From Gammaproteobacteria bacterium (GTDB lineage Bacteria; Pseudomonadota; Gammaproteobacteria; UBA4575): 64,000 nt of DNA. Positions 1 to 11,800 of this stretch are shown here, in pieces; position 1 is the first letter of the stretch, and each line of letters starts with the position of its first letter. The notes under the pieces were generated by a model, which worked only from the letters and a program-made list of their open reading frames with translations, was not told the origin of the DNA and did no database searches. Location of the stretch: positions 800,001 to 864,000 of the forward strand of contig CBDCUI010000009.1 in NCBI GenBank assembly GCA_965222615.1, read 5' to 3'. Both the position numbers and the translations under genes were made by a program.

Positions 1-78
1 CGAGTGTCCCGTTGGGCAAGCAAATTTGGGTGTCCTTTCTTTTGGTTCGTTTTCTTTGGACAAGCAAAGAAAATGAAC
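1..78 (+). repeat. Partial structured intergenic repeat (runs off the window start); homologous to the reverse complement of 62679-62752
   Basis: cgagtgtcccgttgggcaagcaaatttgggtg... aligns with revcomp cgagtgtgccccgtaaggggcaaggaaattaggctg...; ends in hairpin gttcgttttctttg-gacaag-caaagaaaatgaac (45-78). Confidence 0.65.
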
Positions 79-198
79 AACTAAACTTTTTTAATTTAAT
101 TAAAGAACTGAACGTTCACTTCTTGCCGAAAACTAAAACAACCTAAGCCCCTCAACCCTTCGTTTAAAAACTTTCTACCTTATGCTGAAGCTTGTACC

Positions 199-1464
199 TC
201 AAGCTCGCAAAATTCCCTTCTCTCCTTCAGTACGCCCTATTATAACCGCCCCACAGGAATCACTAAACACATTGACTGCTGTTCTACACATGTCTAGCAC
301 TCGATCTACTGCCAGAATCAAGCCAATACCTTCTGCAGGCAATCCAATCGCCGCTAATATGATGGCAATGGCAACCAAACTTGCCGAGGGTATACCTGCA
401 ACTCCAATGGAAGTCATCAAAGCCAACACAATAATGGAAAATTGCGTGGCAACCGTTAGATCTAAACCATATGCCTGGGCAATAAAGATTGCGGCTACAC
501 ATTCATATAATGCCGTGCCATCCATATTGACTGTCGCACCGAGTGGCAACACAAAACTGGTAACGCGATTGGAGACACCTGCACGATCTTGTACACAATC
601 GATAGTGACGGGCAATGTTGCAGAGGACGACGCCGTAGAAAATGCAGTTAACAATGCAGGAGCCATTGCTTGGTAATGTTTAATCGGATTCACACCACCA
701 ACAAACCGCAACAGTAACGGCATAACCACGACAATATGAATGAGTAAAGCGATAATTACCGTGATAAAAAATGTAAGCAGTGGTTTAAAGGCATCAAATC
801 CTGAAATCACTACGACTTTGGCTACCAATGCAAACACGCCGATAGGAGCAAATTTCATTACTAAGTCTGTAATGAGCATCATGACATCAAACACTCCTTG
901 CCAAAATGTTTGCAGCACTTTTTGAGTATCTAGTTTTATCTTAGTCATGAAAAAGCCAAACAACAGACTGAAAAAGATCAGTCCCAACATTTGCCCTTCT
1001 GCAGCAGCTTTAACAATATTGGTTGGAATCATGCGCAGAAAAATTCCCACTACATCACCAGCCGATTTACCTTCTACTTTTTCCATAACTTCACTGGTGT
1101 CTTCACTGAGACCCAACATTTCTTTTGCAGGCGTGCCATCGACGATACCAGGCTGCACAATATTAACGACTGTAATACCAATCAGAATGGCGAACGTACT
1201 TGTGATCACATAGTAAAGTAAGGTTTTGCCACCCAAACGCCCAAAGGCATCACTAGAACCAAGATTGCTCACGCCCATAATGATCGAAGAAGCGATCAAG
1301 GGAACAATAATCATCTTCAAGGCGTTTAAAAACAGCTTGCCAACAAAATCAAAAATGGAAACTAAGGATACCCCTAACAAAGTTGATTCAGGATTGACTA
1401 ACCAACCGACAAATACTGCCAATAGCAGTGCAATGAGAATTTGCCAATGAAGTTTAAGCTTCAT
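199..1464 (-). CDS. Dicarboxylate/amino acid:cation symporter (DAACS, GltP/GltT family)
   Basis: Multi-TM protein with AFSTASSSATLP, GATVNMDGTALY and DRVLDMCRTAVNV motifs; ATG at 1464 preferred over TTG at 1470. Confidence 0.92.
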   Translation of the reverse strand: MKLKLHWQILIALLLAVFVGWLVNPESTLLGVSLVSIFDFVGKLFLNALKMIIVPLIASSIIMGVSNLGSSDAFGRLGGKTLLYYVITSTFAILIGITVVNIVQPGIVDGTPAKEMLGLSEDTSEVMEKVEGKSAGDVVGIFLRMIPTNIVKAAAEGQMLGLIFFSLLFGFFMTKIKLDTQKVLQTFWQGVFDVMMLITDLVMKFAPIGVFALVAKVVVISGFDAFKPLLTFFITVIIALLIHIVVVMPLLLRFVGGVNPIKHYQAMAPALLTAFSTASSSATLPVTIDCVQDRAGVSNRVTSFVLPLGATVNMDGTALYECVAAIFIAQAYGLDLTVATQFSIIVLALMTSIGVAGIPSASLVAIAIILAAIGLPAEGIGLILAVDRVLDMCRTAVNVFSDSCGAVIIGRTEGEKGILRA

Positions 1465-1517
1465 GGCCAAAGAGTATAACAGAATTAACTATACTAAATT
1501 TTTAAAGACTATGTATG

Positions 1518-3431
1518 CTATTGCGCGCTTAAACTATCTTCAAAAATCTGCACATCAGCAGTTTGTCGGATAGCATCGATTACTGCATTGAATTCGCGAC
1601 GGCCATAATTAACTCGTTGTGAAAGTTGCGCTGCTTTCTCGTCATCTAATTCTGCAGCATCTTCTTTCACTTCACTTAGTTCAAGTAAGACATAGGTTCC
1701 ATCCGGCATTTCCATACCGTCTTTAATGACCTGCCCAGTATCTGGTCGTGGGAGATTAAATACATGCTGCATAAGCGTAAACGCTACACTGCTATCATCA
1801 CGCTTTAATGCACCAGGATTTTTCAGCTCGAGTGAATGCTCAGAAGCTATTTTTTCCAATGAGGCTCCTGCTTGAAGATCTGCTAACAGCTTCTTTCCCT
1901 CTGTAGTGGCTTGCTCAGCTGCTTTGCGCACAGCTATTGCGCCTTTTATTTCATCTGTTACTTCTTCCAATGGCTTTGTAGATGACTCTTTATATTCCAG
2001 TAAGCGAAACGCAATGACATGTCCATCGGCAACTTGTATTAACTCACTATTTAGTTCTTCTTTTAGAATATTTTGAGAAAATGCTAGAGCTTTAACCTTA
2101 GGAAATTCAAAAATTTCAGCATTACTATTTGATGCAAGCCAATCAGTTTGTTTAATTTCCAAATCATAATCACCAGAAACTTCAGGTAATTCATCGGGTT
2201 GTTCAAACACCAAATTTGATAGCTCTTCAGCGATTTCAATAAATTGCTCTTGCGCTAATTGACCTTTACGTTCATTTATTATCTTTTCGCGTACAGATTC
2301 GAAAGGTTTTTGTTCCGAAGCTTGTATTTCATCTAACTTAAAAATCTGAATACCTTGTTCTGTGCGTACTGGTCTTGAATACTCGCCAACTTTTAATGAA
2401 AACAACGTATCCTCTAATTCCTTATTCGTGAAATCTCCAGCCGCAATTAAACCAATTTCGCCACCTTTGTCTGCAGACAAACTATCCTGTGAATGCTGTG
2501 TAGCCAATTCAGCAAAGTCGCCACCATCATCCAGTTGCTTAACTAATTCATTCGCTTTATCTAAGGCCTCATCCCATTCCAGACCATCTGCCCCCGCTTC
2601 ATTCGGTACTTTGAGTAAGATATGACGAGTCTTTCGTAACTCATCTGTCATATAGCGTTCAGGTTGTCCATCGTAGATTGCCCGCACGTCTTCTGCATTA
2701 ACCGTGATTTCTTTTACTAAATCTTCTTCTTTTAACTCAACATAGGCGAGCTTGACTTGTTCAGGAGTTTGAAATAGTTGTTGATTTTCATTGTAGTAAT
2801 TACGACTTTCTTCATCTGATACTGAAATCGTATCCGAACTGACTTTTACAATGGCATAGTCGAAATCTCGTGTTTGTTCAGAAAGTTTTTGAAAACGCTG
2901 CAAATCTGCTTTGGGTATAAAAGATGACGCCGCTAACGATGCTTCCATTTGTCTTAATTGTTCTTGCTCACGTATTTCACGTTCAAATTGCGCCTTGTTA
3001 TAGCGACCTGCTGATAATGACCGTTCATACAATGCAGGATCAAACTTTCCATCTTGTTGGAATTGGGGAATTTGCTGAATATTTTTAATTAAACTGGCAT
3101 CACTAATTCGATAACCAGCATCGGTAACTTCTTGACGCAATAATTCTGTCCGTACCATGGAATTAATGACGTCTTTCCTAATTGCACCTTCATCAGGATA
3201 CTGTTGTTGGTAGTTGTTTCCCAAGATAGCTCGCAATCTTTGTTTATATTGCTGAAACTGATTATTAAACTGAACTTGTGAGATTTCGTTTCCATTAATC
3301 TCAGCTACAGGTACAGTCGCTCCCCCACCAAAATATTCTTGAATCCCCCAAAGTGCAAAAGACAATACTAATAATCCAATAATGATATAGGCCACCCAAC
3401 TACTAGCTCTGTCACGAATTTCAATAAGCAT
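1518..3431 (-). CDS. ppiD: Periplasmic chaperone / parvulin PPIase PpiD
   Basis: N-terminal TM anchor, SurA-like N domain, rotamase motifs RHILL and LATQHSQD..SADKGGEIG; canonical position after hupB. Confidence 0.92.
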   Translation of the reverse strand: MLIEIRDRASSWVAYIIIGLLVLSFALWGIQEYFGGGATVPVAEINGNEISQVQFNNQFQQYKQRLRAILGNNYQQQYPDEGAIRKDVINSMVRTELLRQEVTDAGYRISDASLIKNIQQIPQFQQDGKFDPALYERSLSAGRYNKAQFEREIREQEQLRQMEASLAASSFIPKADLQRFQKLSEQTRDFDYAIVKVSSDTISVSDEESRNYYNENQQLFQTPEQVKLAYVELKEEDLVKEITVNAEDVRAIYDGQPERYMTDELRKTRHILLKVPNEAGADGLEWDEALDKANELVKQLDDGGDFAELATQHSQDSLSADKGGEIGLIAAGDFTNKELEDTLFSLKVGEYSRPVRTEQGIQIFKLDEIQASEQKPFESVREKIINERKGQLAQEQFIEIAEELSNLVFEQPDELPEVSGDYDLEIKQTDWLASNSNAEIFEFPKVKALAFSQNILKEELNSELIQVADGHVIAFRLLEYKESSTKPLEEVTDEIKGAIAVRKAAEQATTEGKKLLADLQAGASLEKIASEHSLELKNPGALKRDDSSVAFTLMQHVFNLPRPDTGQVIKDGMEMPDGTYVLLELSEVKEDAAELDDEKAAQLSQRVNYGRREFNAVIDAIRQTADVQIFEDSLSAQ

Positions 3432-3630
3432 TTTTTATTTTATTCCTTGCAAATCTCTTTAAATTACAAGCTTCAATAAATATGAAAACTTATGCATTTT
3501 TTAAGAATTAAGTTCAACCACTAAAGTTAAGCTTGTGATTGTATAGGTGATTTTAAGTGACGCGCATTATAATAGATGGCGAGTATTTTGGCTCGCACTT
3601 CAGTCTTACATAAAATGTTGCCCAGAAAAA

Positions 3631-3707
3631 TGGCGGAGTGGACGGGATTCGAACCCGCGACCCCCGGCGTGACAGGCCGGTATTCTAACCAGCTGAACTA
3701 CCACTCC
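3631..3707 (-). tRNA. tRNA-Asp(GTC)
   Basis: Revcomp GGAGTGGTAGTTCAGCTGG...CCTGTCACG...GGTTCGAATCC...CACTCCGCCA; encoded CCA. Confidence 0.97.
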
Positions 3708-3715
3708 GTCATGCG

Positions 3716-3791
3716 TGGTGGGTGCTGAGGGATTCGAACCCCCGACATCCGCCTTGTAAGGGCGACGCTCTACCAGCTGAGCTAAGCACCC
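3716..3791 (-). tRNA. tRNA-Val(TAC)
   Basis: Revcomp GGGTGCTTAGCTCAG...CCTTACAAGG...GGTTCGAATCC...CACCCACCA. Confidence 0.97.
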
Positions 3792-3802
3792 CAAAAGGCG
3801 CG

Positions 3803-4075
3803 CTAGTTTACGGCATCCTTTAAACCTTTGCCAGCTTTGAAACTAGGCACTTTAGAGGCTGCAATTTGAATGGTTTCACCGGTGCGCGGATTGCGGCCGG
3901 TACGAGCATTACGTTGCTTTACTTGAAAGGTGCCAAATCCTACTAAAGACACCGAATCACCTCGACACAGTGCAGCAGTAATGGAATCTAATACGGCATC
4001 GACCGCTCGTGCACCATCGGCTTTAGACGCATTGGTTGCATTCGCCACTGCATCTGCAAGTTCACTTTTATTCAT
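3803..4075 (-). CDS. hupB: DNA-binding protein HU-beta
   Basis: MNKSEL...VGFGTF...[10 protein letters not shown]...[14 protein letters not shown]; true start ATG 4075 (ORF track extends upstream). Confidence 0.96.
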   Translation of the reverse strand: MNKSELADAVANATNASKADGARAVDAVLDSITAALCRGDSVSLVGFGTFQVKQRNARTGRNPRTGETIQIAASKVPSFKAGKGLKDAVN

Positions 4076-4285
4076 TGAACAAACTCCCCCTAGTTGATAT
4101 GCAATTAAAAAAATACATGTTAAATGTAAGAGACGATAACAGTTCATATATCTCGATATCATCATACGAGATATGCAGAAGCGTGTTTGTTGATAACTGA
4201 TTTTTGATGATCGCTTGGCTACTAGACAATTAAACGCTAGTGTTATACCAAGCGCTTCCGAAGCAAGTCAATAAACAAAGAACAA

Positions 4286-6730
4286 TTAATGTGCTTGTAC
4301 TGGCTTACGTTTTTGTGCAGATTTCTTGCGTTTCCCGGCTACGGTACCCACCTCATCAGCTTCCGCTAATGGTTCAGGCATGTTTACCAATGCAACTTGA
4401 AGTACTTCATCAATCCACTGTACTGGAATGATTTCAAGCTTTTGTTTGATATTCTTAGGAATCTCGCTTAAATCTTTTTCATTCTCTTTGGGAATCAAAA
4501 CCGTCTTAATTTCACCTCGATGAGCGGCCAAAAGCTTCTCTTTTAGGCCTCCAATAGGCAAAACTTCGCCTCTTAAAGTAATTTCTCCAGTCATGGCCAC
4601 ATCTGCCCGAACTGGAATTTTTGTCAATGCAGAGACAATGGCAGTGGTCATGCCAACACCGGCACTAGGCCCGTCTTTCTTAACGGCACCCTCTGGAACG
4701 TGGATATGGATATCGGAACTCTCATAAAAGTCGGCTGCAATACCCAAAATAGCGGCACGACTGCGCACCACGGTGTGAGCTACTTGTATAGACTCTTGCA
4801 TCACATCTTCTAACTGTCCGGTGCGGCTGGTTTTGCCTTTACCTGGAACTACTACCGCTTCAATCGTGAGCAATTCTCCACCGACTTCTGTCCAAGCCAG
4901 ACCTGTAACTTGACCGACTTGATCATTTTCATCTGCTAAACCATAACGAAAACGTTTCACGCCAAGATATTTTTCTAGAGAACGCGGTGTGATAGACACA
5001 ACTTTTTTACTATCACCTAACACAATTGACTTCACTACTTTACGACAAATTTTTGAAATTTCTCTTTCCAGATTTCGCACACCTGCTTCTCGTGTGTAAT
5101 AACGAATCATGTCGCGTATTGCTGTGTCGCTAATTTTTATTTCATTTTCTTTTAAACCATTTGCTTTAAGCTGCTTGGGCACTAGATAACGTATAGCAAT
5201 ATTTTTCTTTTCATCTTCGGTATAGCCAGGCAAGCGAATAACTTCCATACGATCTAATAGCGGTCCTGGAATATTCAAGCTATTTGCAGTCGCTACAAAC
5301 ATGACATCAGATAAATCAAAATCTACTTCTAAGTAGTGATCAGCAAAGGTATGGTTTTGCTCAGGATCAAGCACCTCCAACATTGCAGAAGCTGGATCAC
5401 CACGAAAGTCCATCGCCATTTTGTCGATCTCATCTAACAAAAATAATGGATTGCGCACGCCGACTTTAGATAAATTTTGAATAATCTTGCCTGGTAACGA
5501 ACCGATATAGGTACGACGGTGCCCACGTATTTCTGCTTCATCTCGTACACCACCTAACGACATACGCGTAAACTTTCTACTGGTCGCCCGTGCAATTGAT
5601 TTTCCAATGGATGTCTTACCTACACCGGGAGGACCCACTAAACATAAAATAGGCCCTTTAGACTTTTTCACGCGCTGTTGCACAGCAAGATATTCAATAA
5701 TCCGTTCTTTTACTTTTTCAAGACCATAATGGTCTTCTTCTAATATCTGCTCTGCGGTAGTTAAATCTTTGCGTACTTTGGATTTCTTTCTCCAAGGCGC
5801 GCTCACTAACCAATCAATGTAATTGCGAACCACAGTCGCCTCAGCAGACATTGGCGACATCATTTTGAGTTTGTTGAGTTCCGCAGTGGCTTTCTTTTTA
5901 GCCTCTTTAGACATGCCCACTTTTTCGATTTTTTCCGCGAGCTCATCTACTTCATTAGGCGCTTCTTCGAGCTCACCCAATTCCTTTTGAATAGCTTTCA
6001 TTTGCTCGTTTAAGTAATACTCGCGCTGCGATTTCTCCATTTGCTGTTTGACACGACCACGTATGCGTTTTTCAATTTGCAATACATCGAGTTCGCCTTC
6101 TATTAAGCTAACTAAATGCTCAAGTCGTTTACGCACACTACTAATCTCGAGTACATGTTGCTTTTCATCTAGCTTTAATGACATATGTGCGGCTATAGTA
6201 TCGGCAAGTCGGGTGGGCTCATCAATACCCGCTAACGAAGTTAAAACTTCTGGAGGTACTTTTTTATTGAGCTTGACATATTGTTCAAACAAATTAGTTA
6301 CAGAACGGGCTAATACTTCTAGCTCTTTTTCATCATCTGTTTCATCATCAGAACTTAGCAATGATATTTGTGCACTAAAAAATTCTTCGTCATCAATATA
6401 TTCATCAACTTGTGCACGTTCGACACCTTCGACTAATACCTTTATGGTGCCATCGGGTAATTTCAACAGCTGCAAGATGGTTGATAGCGTGCCAATCTGG
6501 TGAATTTCTTCTGTACCTGGTTCATCCAGCTCAGCACTTTTTTGCGCAACTAATAAGATCTGCTTGTTATCTGCCATAGCGGCATCTAAGGCCTTGATGG
6601 ATTTATCTCGGCCAACAAACAATGGAATCACCATATGTGGATAGACCACAACGTCACGCAACGGCAACACGGGAACTACTTGGATATTGGGTCGATCGAT
6701 CACTTCAGTTGGAACTTGCTCATCACTCAT
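4286..6730 (-). CDS. lon: ATP-dependent Lon protease
   Basis: [11 protein letters not shown]-domain, Walker A GPPGVGKT, catalytic KDGPSAG and PIGGLKEK. Confidence 0.98.
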   Translation of the reverse strand: MSDEQVPTEVIDRPNIQVVPVLPLRDVVVYPHMVIPLFVGRDKSIKALDAAMADNKQILLVAQKSAELDEPGTEEIHQIGTLSTILQLLKLPDGTIKVLVEGVERAQVDEYIDDEEFFSAQISLLSSDDETDDEKELEVLARSVTNLFEQYVKLNKKVPPEVLTSLAGIDEPTRLADTIAAHMSLKLDEKQHVLEISSVRKRLEHLVSLIEGELDVLQIEKRIRGRVKQQMEKSQREYYLNEQMKAIQKELGELEEAPNEVDELAEKIEKVGMSKEAKKKATAELNKLKMMSPMSAEATVVRNYIDWLVSAPWRKKSKVRKDLTTAEQILEEDHYGLEKVKERIIEYLAVQQRVKKSKGPILCLVGPPGVGKTSIGKSIARATSRKFTRMSLGGVRDEAEIRGHRRTYIGSLPGKIIQNLSKVGVRNPLFLLDEIDKMAMDFRGDPASAMLEVLDPEQNHTFADHYLEVDFDLSDVMFVATANSLNIPGPLLDRMEVIRLPGYTEDEKKNIAIRYLVPKQLKANGLKENEIKISDTAIRDMIRYYTREAGVRNLEREISKICRKVVKSIVLGDSKKVVSITPRSLEKYLGVKRFRYGLADENDQVGQVTGLAWTEVGGELLTIEAVVVPGKGKTSRTGQLEDVMQESIQVAHTVVRSRAAILGIAADFYESSDIHIHVPEGAVKKDGPSAGVGMTTAIVSALTKIPVRADVAMTGEITLRGEVLPIGGLKEKLLAAHRGEIKTVLIPKENEKDLSEIPKNIKQKLEIIPVQWIDEVLQVALVNMPEPLAEADEVGTVAGKRKKSAQKRKPVQAH

Positions 6731-6902
6731 AAAAAATCTTCTTTTAGATTTGCATTAGAATTACATATAGTTGGGTTTATCAACTATTTAACGGCTTTAG
6801 GGAAAAGACATTTAGCCTAAAGATGGGGGCTTTTACACTAAAATTCAAGGCTTTTTAGGTATAACTGGATGTTGTTGTGAGCTCGAGGGCTCAGTTTTGA
6901 CA

Positions 6903-8189
6903 TTAACCGTCGTCTGATGCCGCCTTTTCGTATTCAGAGCCTTCGTAAATCAGATAAGGCTTGGAATCACCCATGATGACAGATTCATCAATCACAACCT
7001 TACTGATACTGTTTTGCGAGGGTATGTCATACATGGTATCCAACAACACATTCTCCAAGATTGTGCGCAAACCTCTGGCACCGGTTTTACGATCCATCGC
7101 TTTTCGTGCTACTGCATAGAGTGCATTTTCACGAAACTCGATTTCAACGCCTTCCATCTCGAATAAGCGGTGATATTGTTTGGTGATGGCATTTTTGGGC
7201 TCCGTCAATATTCGTACCAGTGCTTCCTCATCTAACTCTTCTAAGGTAGCCACTACTGGCAAACGGCCTACGAATTCTGGAATAAGTCCGTACTTAATTA
7301 AATCCTCAGGTTCAACATTATGCAAAATCTCACCCAACTTAATTGCATTTTCTTTAGTACGTACTTCGGCTGAAAAACCAATACCACCTTTTTCTGTGCG
7401 ATCGAGAATAACTTTATCAAGACCGGCAAATGCGCCACCACAAATGAAAAGAATGTTACTGGTATCTACTTGTAAGAATTCTTGTTGCGGGTGCTTACGT
7501 CCACCTTGCGGAGGAACAGATGCTATTGTGCCCTCAATTAATTTTAATAACGCCTGTTGAACGCCTTCGCCAGATACATCGCGAGTAATAGATGGATTAT
7601 CTGATTTGCGAGAAATTTTATCGATCTCATCTATGTAAACAATTCCCGTCTGCGCTTTATCAACATCGTAATCGCATTTTTGCAATAGCTTCTGAATGAT
7701 ATTTTCTACATCTTCTCCCACATAACCCGCTTCGGTTAATGTAGTCGCATCCGCTATAGTAAATGGAACGTTTAACAAACGCGCTAAGGTTTCTGCTAAT
7801 AATGTTTTACCTGAACCAGTTGGACCCACTAAGAGAATGTTACTTTTCGCTAATTCAACTACATTCTTACTAGTACTTCGTGCATCCAATCTCTTATAGT
7901 GGTTATAGACCGCTACCGATAAAACTTTTTTAGCGCGATCCTGACCAATTACATATTCATCAAGGATTGAATTAATTTCTACAGGTTTGGGCAGCTTTGA
8001 GCCACCAGTTGGAGACTGATCCTGCATCTCCTCACGAATGATGTCGTTACACAATTCGACACATTCATCACATATGAATACCGACGGACCAGCGATAAGT
8101 TTGCGGACCTCATGCTGACTTTTGCCACAAAAAGAGCAGTATAGAAGTTTGCCGCTGTCCTGATCCTTGGTTGTATTTTCGTCACTCAT
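6903..8189 (-). CDS. clpX: ATP-dependent Clp protease ATP-binding subunit ClpX
   Basis: Zn finger CSFCGK...[15 protein letters not shown] loop, RKH motif. Confidence 0.98.
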   Translation of the reverse strand: MSDENTTKDQDSGKLLYCSFCGKSQHEVRKLIAGPSVFICDECVELCNDIIREEMQDQSPTGGSKLPKPVEINSILDEYVIGQDRAKKVLSVAVYNHYKRLDARSTSKNVVELAKSNILLVGPTGSGKTLLAETLARLLNVPFTIADATTLTEAGYVGEDVENIIQKLLQKCDYDVDKAQTGIVYIDEIDKISRKSDNPSITRDVSGEGVQQALLKLIEGTIASVPPQGGRKHPQQEFLQVDTSNILFICGGAFAGLDKVILDRTEKGGIGFSAEVRTKENAIKLGEILHNVEPEDLIKYGLIPEFVGRLPVVATLEELDEEALVRILTEPKNAITKQYHRLFEMEGVEIEFRENALYAVARKAMDRKTGARGLRTILENVLLDTMYDIPSQNSISKVVIDESVIMGDSKPYLIYEGSEYEKAASDDG

Positions 8190-8366
8190 GGCAACTTGCT
8201 GGGCAATGAAATAATTAAGACGCCGTCACTTGGCTATGGTTTAACTGAATATATCTGATATTCCGTAAGGAAATATGCCTCTAGTTAGCATTACTATACG
8301 CTTAAATGTTGTTGTTGTGCAGGTCTATTCGTGATCAATATTTGACCACAGACACAAAAATAACAC

Positions 8367-9011
8367 TTAGCTTGATGGCTTTTCTCTACGTTTCTCTAGC
8401 AGCTCATCGATTAACCCATACTCCTTTGCCTCCTTACTATTCATAAAGTTATCGCGTTCGGTATCTTGAGCAATGCGCTCAACTGGTTGACCTGTGTGAT
8501 AGGCAAATATCTGATTGAGCTCTTCGCGAATCTTTAATATTTCCTTAGCATGAATATCGATATCCGTAGCTTGTCCCTGAAAACCCCCTAACGGTTGATG
8601 AATCATGACTCTAGAATGCGGTAATGCATAACGCTTATTTTTAGCACCACCAGCAAGTAACAACGCACCCATGCTAGCTGCTTGTCCTACGCATAAAGTA
8701 CTCACGTCTGGACTGGTAAATTGCATGGTGTCATAAATCGCCATTCCAGCACTTACAGATCCACCCGGTGAATTGATGTACACCGAAATGTCTTTGTCAG
8801 GATTTTCTGATTCAAGAAATAACAATTGCGCAACTACTAAATTAGCCATTTGATCTTCAATTGGCCCGACAATAAAAACGACGCGCTCTTTTAATAATCG
8901 CGAATAAATATCATACGCGCGTTCGCCACGGGCAGATTGCTCCACCACCATCGGCACTAAATTTAATGCTTGCGTATTTAGACCACCACTATTCGATTGA
9001 ACTTTTCCCAT
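8367..9011 (-). CDS. clpP: ATP-dependent Clp protease proteolytic subunit ClpP
   Basis: [30 protein letters not shown]; ATG 9011 preferred because the longer ORF overlaps tig. Confidence 0.97.
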   Translation of the reverse strand: MGKVQSNSGGLNTQALNLVPMVVEQSARGERAYDIYSRLLKERVVFIVGPIEDQMANLVVAQLLFLESENPDKDISVYINSPGGSVSAGMAIYDTMQFTSPDVSTLCVGQAASMGALLLAGGAKNKRYALPHSRVMIHQPLGGFQGQATDIDIHAKEILKIREELNQIFAYHTGQPVERIAQDTERDNFMNSKEAKEYGLIDELLEKRREKPSS

Positions 9012-9030
9012 AATACTTGCCCTATATGTT

Positions 9031-10323
9031 TTAACCCTGTTTATTAACAAACTCATCAAATGTAAAAGATTTAGAAATTTGTTTGGCCTGGCTAAGGATC
9101 CATTCTACTGCTTGCTCCTCCATTACAACTGACTCAATACTTGCCATCGCTTGTGGATTATTTCGATAGTAACTAACTACTTCCTCAGGCCTACCGTAAC
9201 TTGCCGCAATCATATTGATATGATCATTTACCTTTCCGTTATCCAATTTTATTTCATTTTGCTGCACAATTTCTCCAATCATCAGCCCTAATGATATTCT
9301 ACGTTTTGCCTCTTCTTCAAATAATGTATCGGGCAATTTCGATTCATCTTTAAGATTCATTTCCTGCATGCTTTGTTCACGCAGTGCGTGAATTTCACGG
9401 TGGACTAATGAGTTGGGAACGACAAACTCATTTTTATCTAGCAGACATTGCATCACTTGAGCTTTATCAAAAGCCATTTTACGCTGGGTAAGCTCCGCCT
9501 GCATACTTTCTTTAAGCTGTTCCTTCAAAGTATCTATGCTGCCATCTTCTATACCAAGCCCCTTGATAAAATCTTCGTCAACTTCAGGCAATTCACCGGT
9601 CTCTACTTTATGCACCTTCACCTCAAAAGCTGCCGTTTTTTCAGCCAAGTCCTTTTGCATATAGTCTTTGGGGAAAGTCACATCAAAGGTCTTTTGTTCG
9701 TCTTTTTTCACACCTTCAAGCTGGTTTTCAAATTCAGGTAGCAAATTGCTATTGCCCAATACGACAGAAAAATTTTCGCTAGTTCCCCCTGGAAACAACT
9801 CCCCATCAATTGCGCCCTTAAAATCTATTGTAACCTGATCATCATTTTTAGCAGCACGATCAACTTCACTCCACTGCACTTTTTGTTTGCGTAATTTTTC
9901 AAGCACATTATCGGTATCCTGATCTGTAATCTCGACATCCGCGACTTCAATCTCAAATGTGCTCACATCGGCTAAATCAATTTCGGGATAGACTTCAAAA
10001 GTTGCAATATATTTTAAGTCTTGTTCGTTCTCTACATTCAGCGGCTCAATTTTCGGACTTCCTGCAGGCCGTAATTTTTCCTGAAGAATCGCCTCTTGAT
10101 AACTAGATTGCATTGTATCTGCAACAACTTCTTGAAATACTTGCTTGCCAAAACGTTGCTTTACAATGTTTAAAGGCACTTTCCCTGGACGAAAACCAGA
10201 GATTTTTACTTGCTGCCGCATTTTTTGTAAGCGCTGCTCAATCGCCGAAGTTACTTTTTCGGCAGGCACTTCAACCGTCATCTTGCGTTCTAAGGTGCCA
10301 GTGGTTTCTAGAGATACTTGCAT
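9031..10323 (-). CDS. tig: Trigger factor
   Basis: Ribosome-binding signature [12 protein letters not shown] domain; tig-clpP-clpX-lon synteny. Confidence 0.97.
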   Translation of the reverse strand: MQVSLETTGTLERKMTVEVPAEKVTSAIEQRLQKMRQQVKISGFRPGKVPLNIVKQRFGKQVFQEVVADTMQSSYQEAILQEKLRPAGSPKIEPLNVENEQDLKYIATFEVYPEIDLADVSTFEIEVADVEITDQDTDNVLEKLRKQKVQWSEVDRAAKNDDQVTIDFKGAIDGELFPGGTSENFSVVLGNSNLLPEFENQLEGVKKDEQKTFDVTFPKDYMQKDLAEKTAAFEVKVHKVETGELPEVDEDFIKGLGIEDGSIDTLKEQLKESMQAELTQRKMAFDKAQVMQCLLDKNEFVVPNSLVHREIHALREQSMQEMNLKDESKLPDTLFEEEAKRRISLGLMIGEIVQQNEIKLDNGKVNDHINMIAASYGRPEEVVSYYRNNPQAMASIESVVMEEQAVEWILSQAKQISKSFTFDEFVNKQG

Positions 10324-10715
10324 ATTTGGTTTTGTATTTTTAATAAAGGTAACCGAGTATATATGAATTCACGGATTATAAAGACCTAGTATTGGTGGAT
10401 ATTAAGTCGGCTAAGAGTTCAGCAATTATTTGTGCTAGCCTACAAAGGTACATAAATTATGCTTATTCAGTATTATCCTTGCTCGCTATAAATTTCTTGC
10501 CTAACGTCATCAGTAGTATTCTTGCTAGCTATAATCGATCGTGCGAGCACCTCTTATCCTGCATGGAAGCAATTCTTAATTAACTGAGCAGAATAGAAGT
10601 CTAGGTTTACCTAAACACTGCTATTCGTGCCCTCTATAAAAACAAATCATGCTTGGTCAGTATTATCCTTGCATAACTTAGCGCTCTTGCCCTACTCATT
10701 GTAGTGCAAGGCTCT

Positions 10716-10801
<86 letters not shown>

Positions 10802-10918
10802 TAACGTATGTACATCTGGCCAATTTATAATAGCCGGGCCTTAATTATAACTGAAAATTAAATATACTAACGTTAATCTAGTATTAGCAATACTCAACAA
10901 ACCACCCAATAATTATTT

Positions 10919-11800
10919 ATGCCTGCCCTGATTGTATTTATTGCTTTATTTATATTTGCACTGATTGCAGGAGCAATGCTTGCTTACCCTGTGCACATTC
11001 TTTTATCTAACTGGTTTGAACTAGATTTTGAACGTGTAATTAGTCGCAGCGTTGTCATTATGGTCCTCGTATTATTTTTATTAATGTTTAGAAAACTAGG
11101 TTTTAATTCCTGGAGAGATATTGGCTATAGCCACAACAAAAAAGAATTTTGGTCTGAATTTCCAAAAGGGTTTGGCCTTGGACTATTAATTATGTTACCT
11201 GTTGTTGCAGGGCTATTAATTGCTAAGACAAGACTCATTGATCCTGCTTGGGATTGGTCTTTTACGAGTATAGTCACATTAATCATCACCGCACTGTTAA
11301 GTGGATTGATCATTGCATTTATCGAGGAAACCTTGTTTCGTGGCGCCATGTTGACTGCCATTCGACGGCAAGCTTCCAATCTATTCGCCGTAGTATCCAC
11401 AAGCTTGGTTTACGCATTTGTACATTTTCTACAACCTGAAACTCATTTAACCCAAAATCCTCTAAATTGGACGAGCGGATTAACTGTATTAAAAAACGCA
11501 TTTACACCTTTATTTCAGCCCACAGAACATATTGACTCTTTTATCGCATTATTTCTTGCGGGTGTATTACTTGCATTAGTTAAGAACCACACAAACAAGC
11601 TCGCTATTTGCATCGGATTACATACTGGTTGGGTGTTTATTATCAAGGTATTTAGACGTCTGACAAACTCAAACATCAACACCGATTATTCTTTTTTAGC
11701 TGGCAGCTACGACAAAGTTATTGGCTACCTGGCCGCATTTTGTATTGCTATTGCAATTGTGATCTTTATAAAAATTAAAAATCGACCACAACTTAATTAA
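10919..11800 (+). CDS. CPBP (CAAX/Abi) family intramembrane glutamic endopeptidase
   Basis: Multi-TM with EETLFRG, YAFVHF and GLHTGW motifs. Confidence 0.88.
   Translation: MPALIVFIALFIFALIAGAMLAYPVHILLSNWFELDFERVISRSVVIMVLVLFLLMFRKLGFNSWRDIGYSHNKKEFWSEFPKGFGLGLLIMLPVVAGLLIAKTRLIDPAWDWSFTSIVTLIITALLSGLIIAFIEETLFRGAMLTAIRRQASNLFAVVSTSLVYAFVHFLQPETHLTQNPLNWTSGLTVLKNAFTPLFQPTEHIDSFIALFLAGVLLALVKNHTNKLAICIGLHTGWVFIIKVFRRLTNSNINTDYSFLAGSYDKVIGYLAAFCIAIAIVIFIKIKNRPQLN

Noticed and set aside
182-1450. Plus-strand ORFs antisense to the DAACS transporter, and similar shadow ORFs opposite lon, clpX, fimV, leuC, aroC and others
   Set aside because: Antisense shadows of well-supported genes, with no independent motifs.
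3606-3794. 62-aa ORF (likewise ORFs 13824-14021, 14127-14333, 28125-28382)
   Set aside because: These overlap tRNA genes and are translation artefacts.
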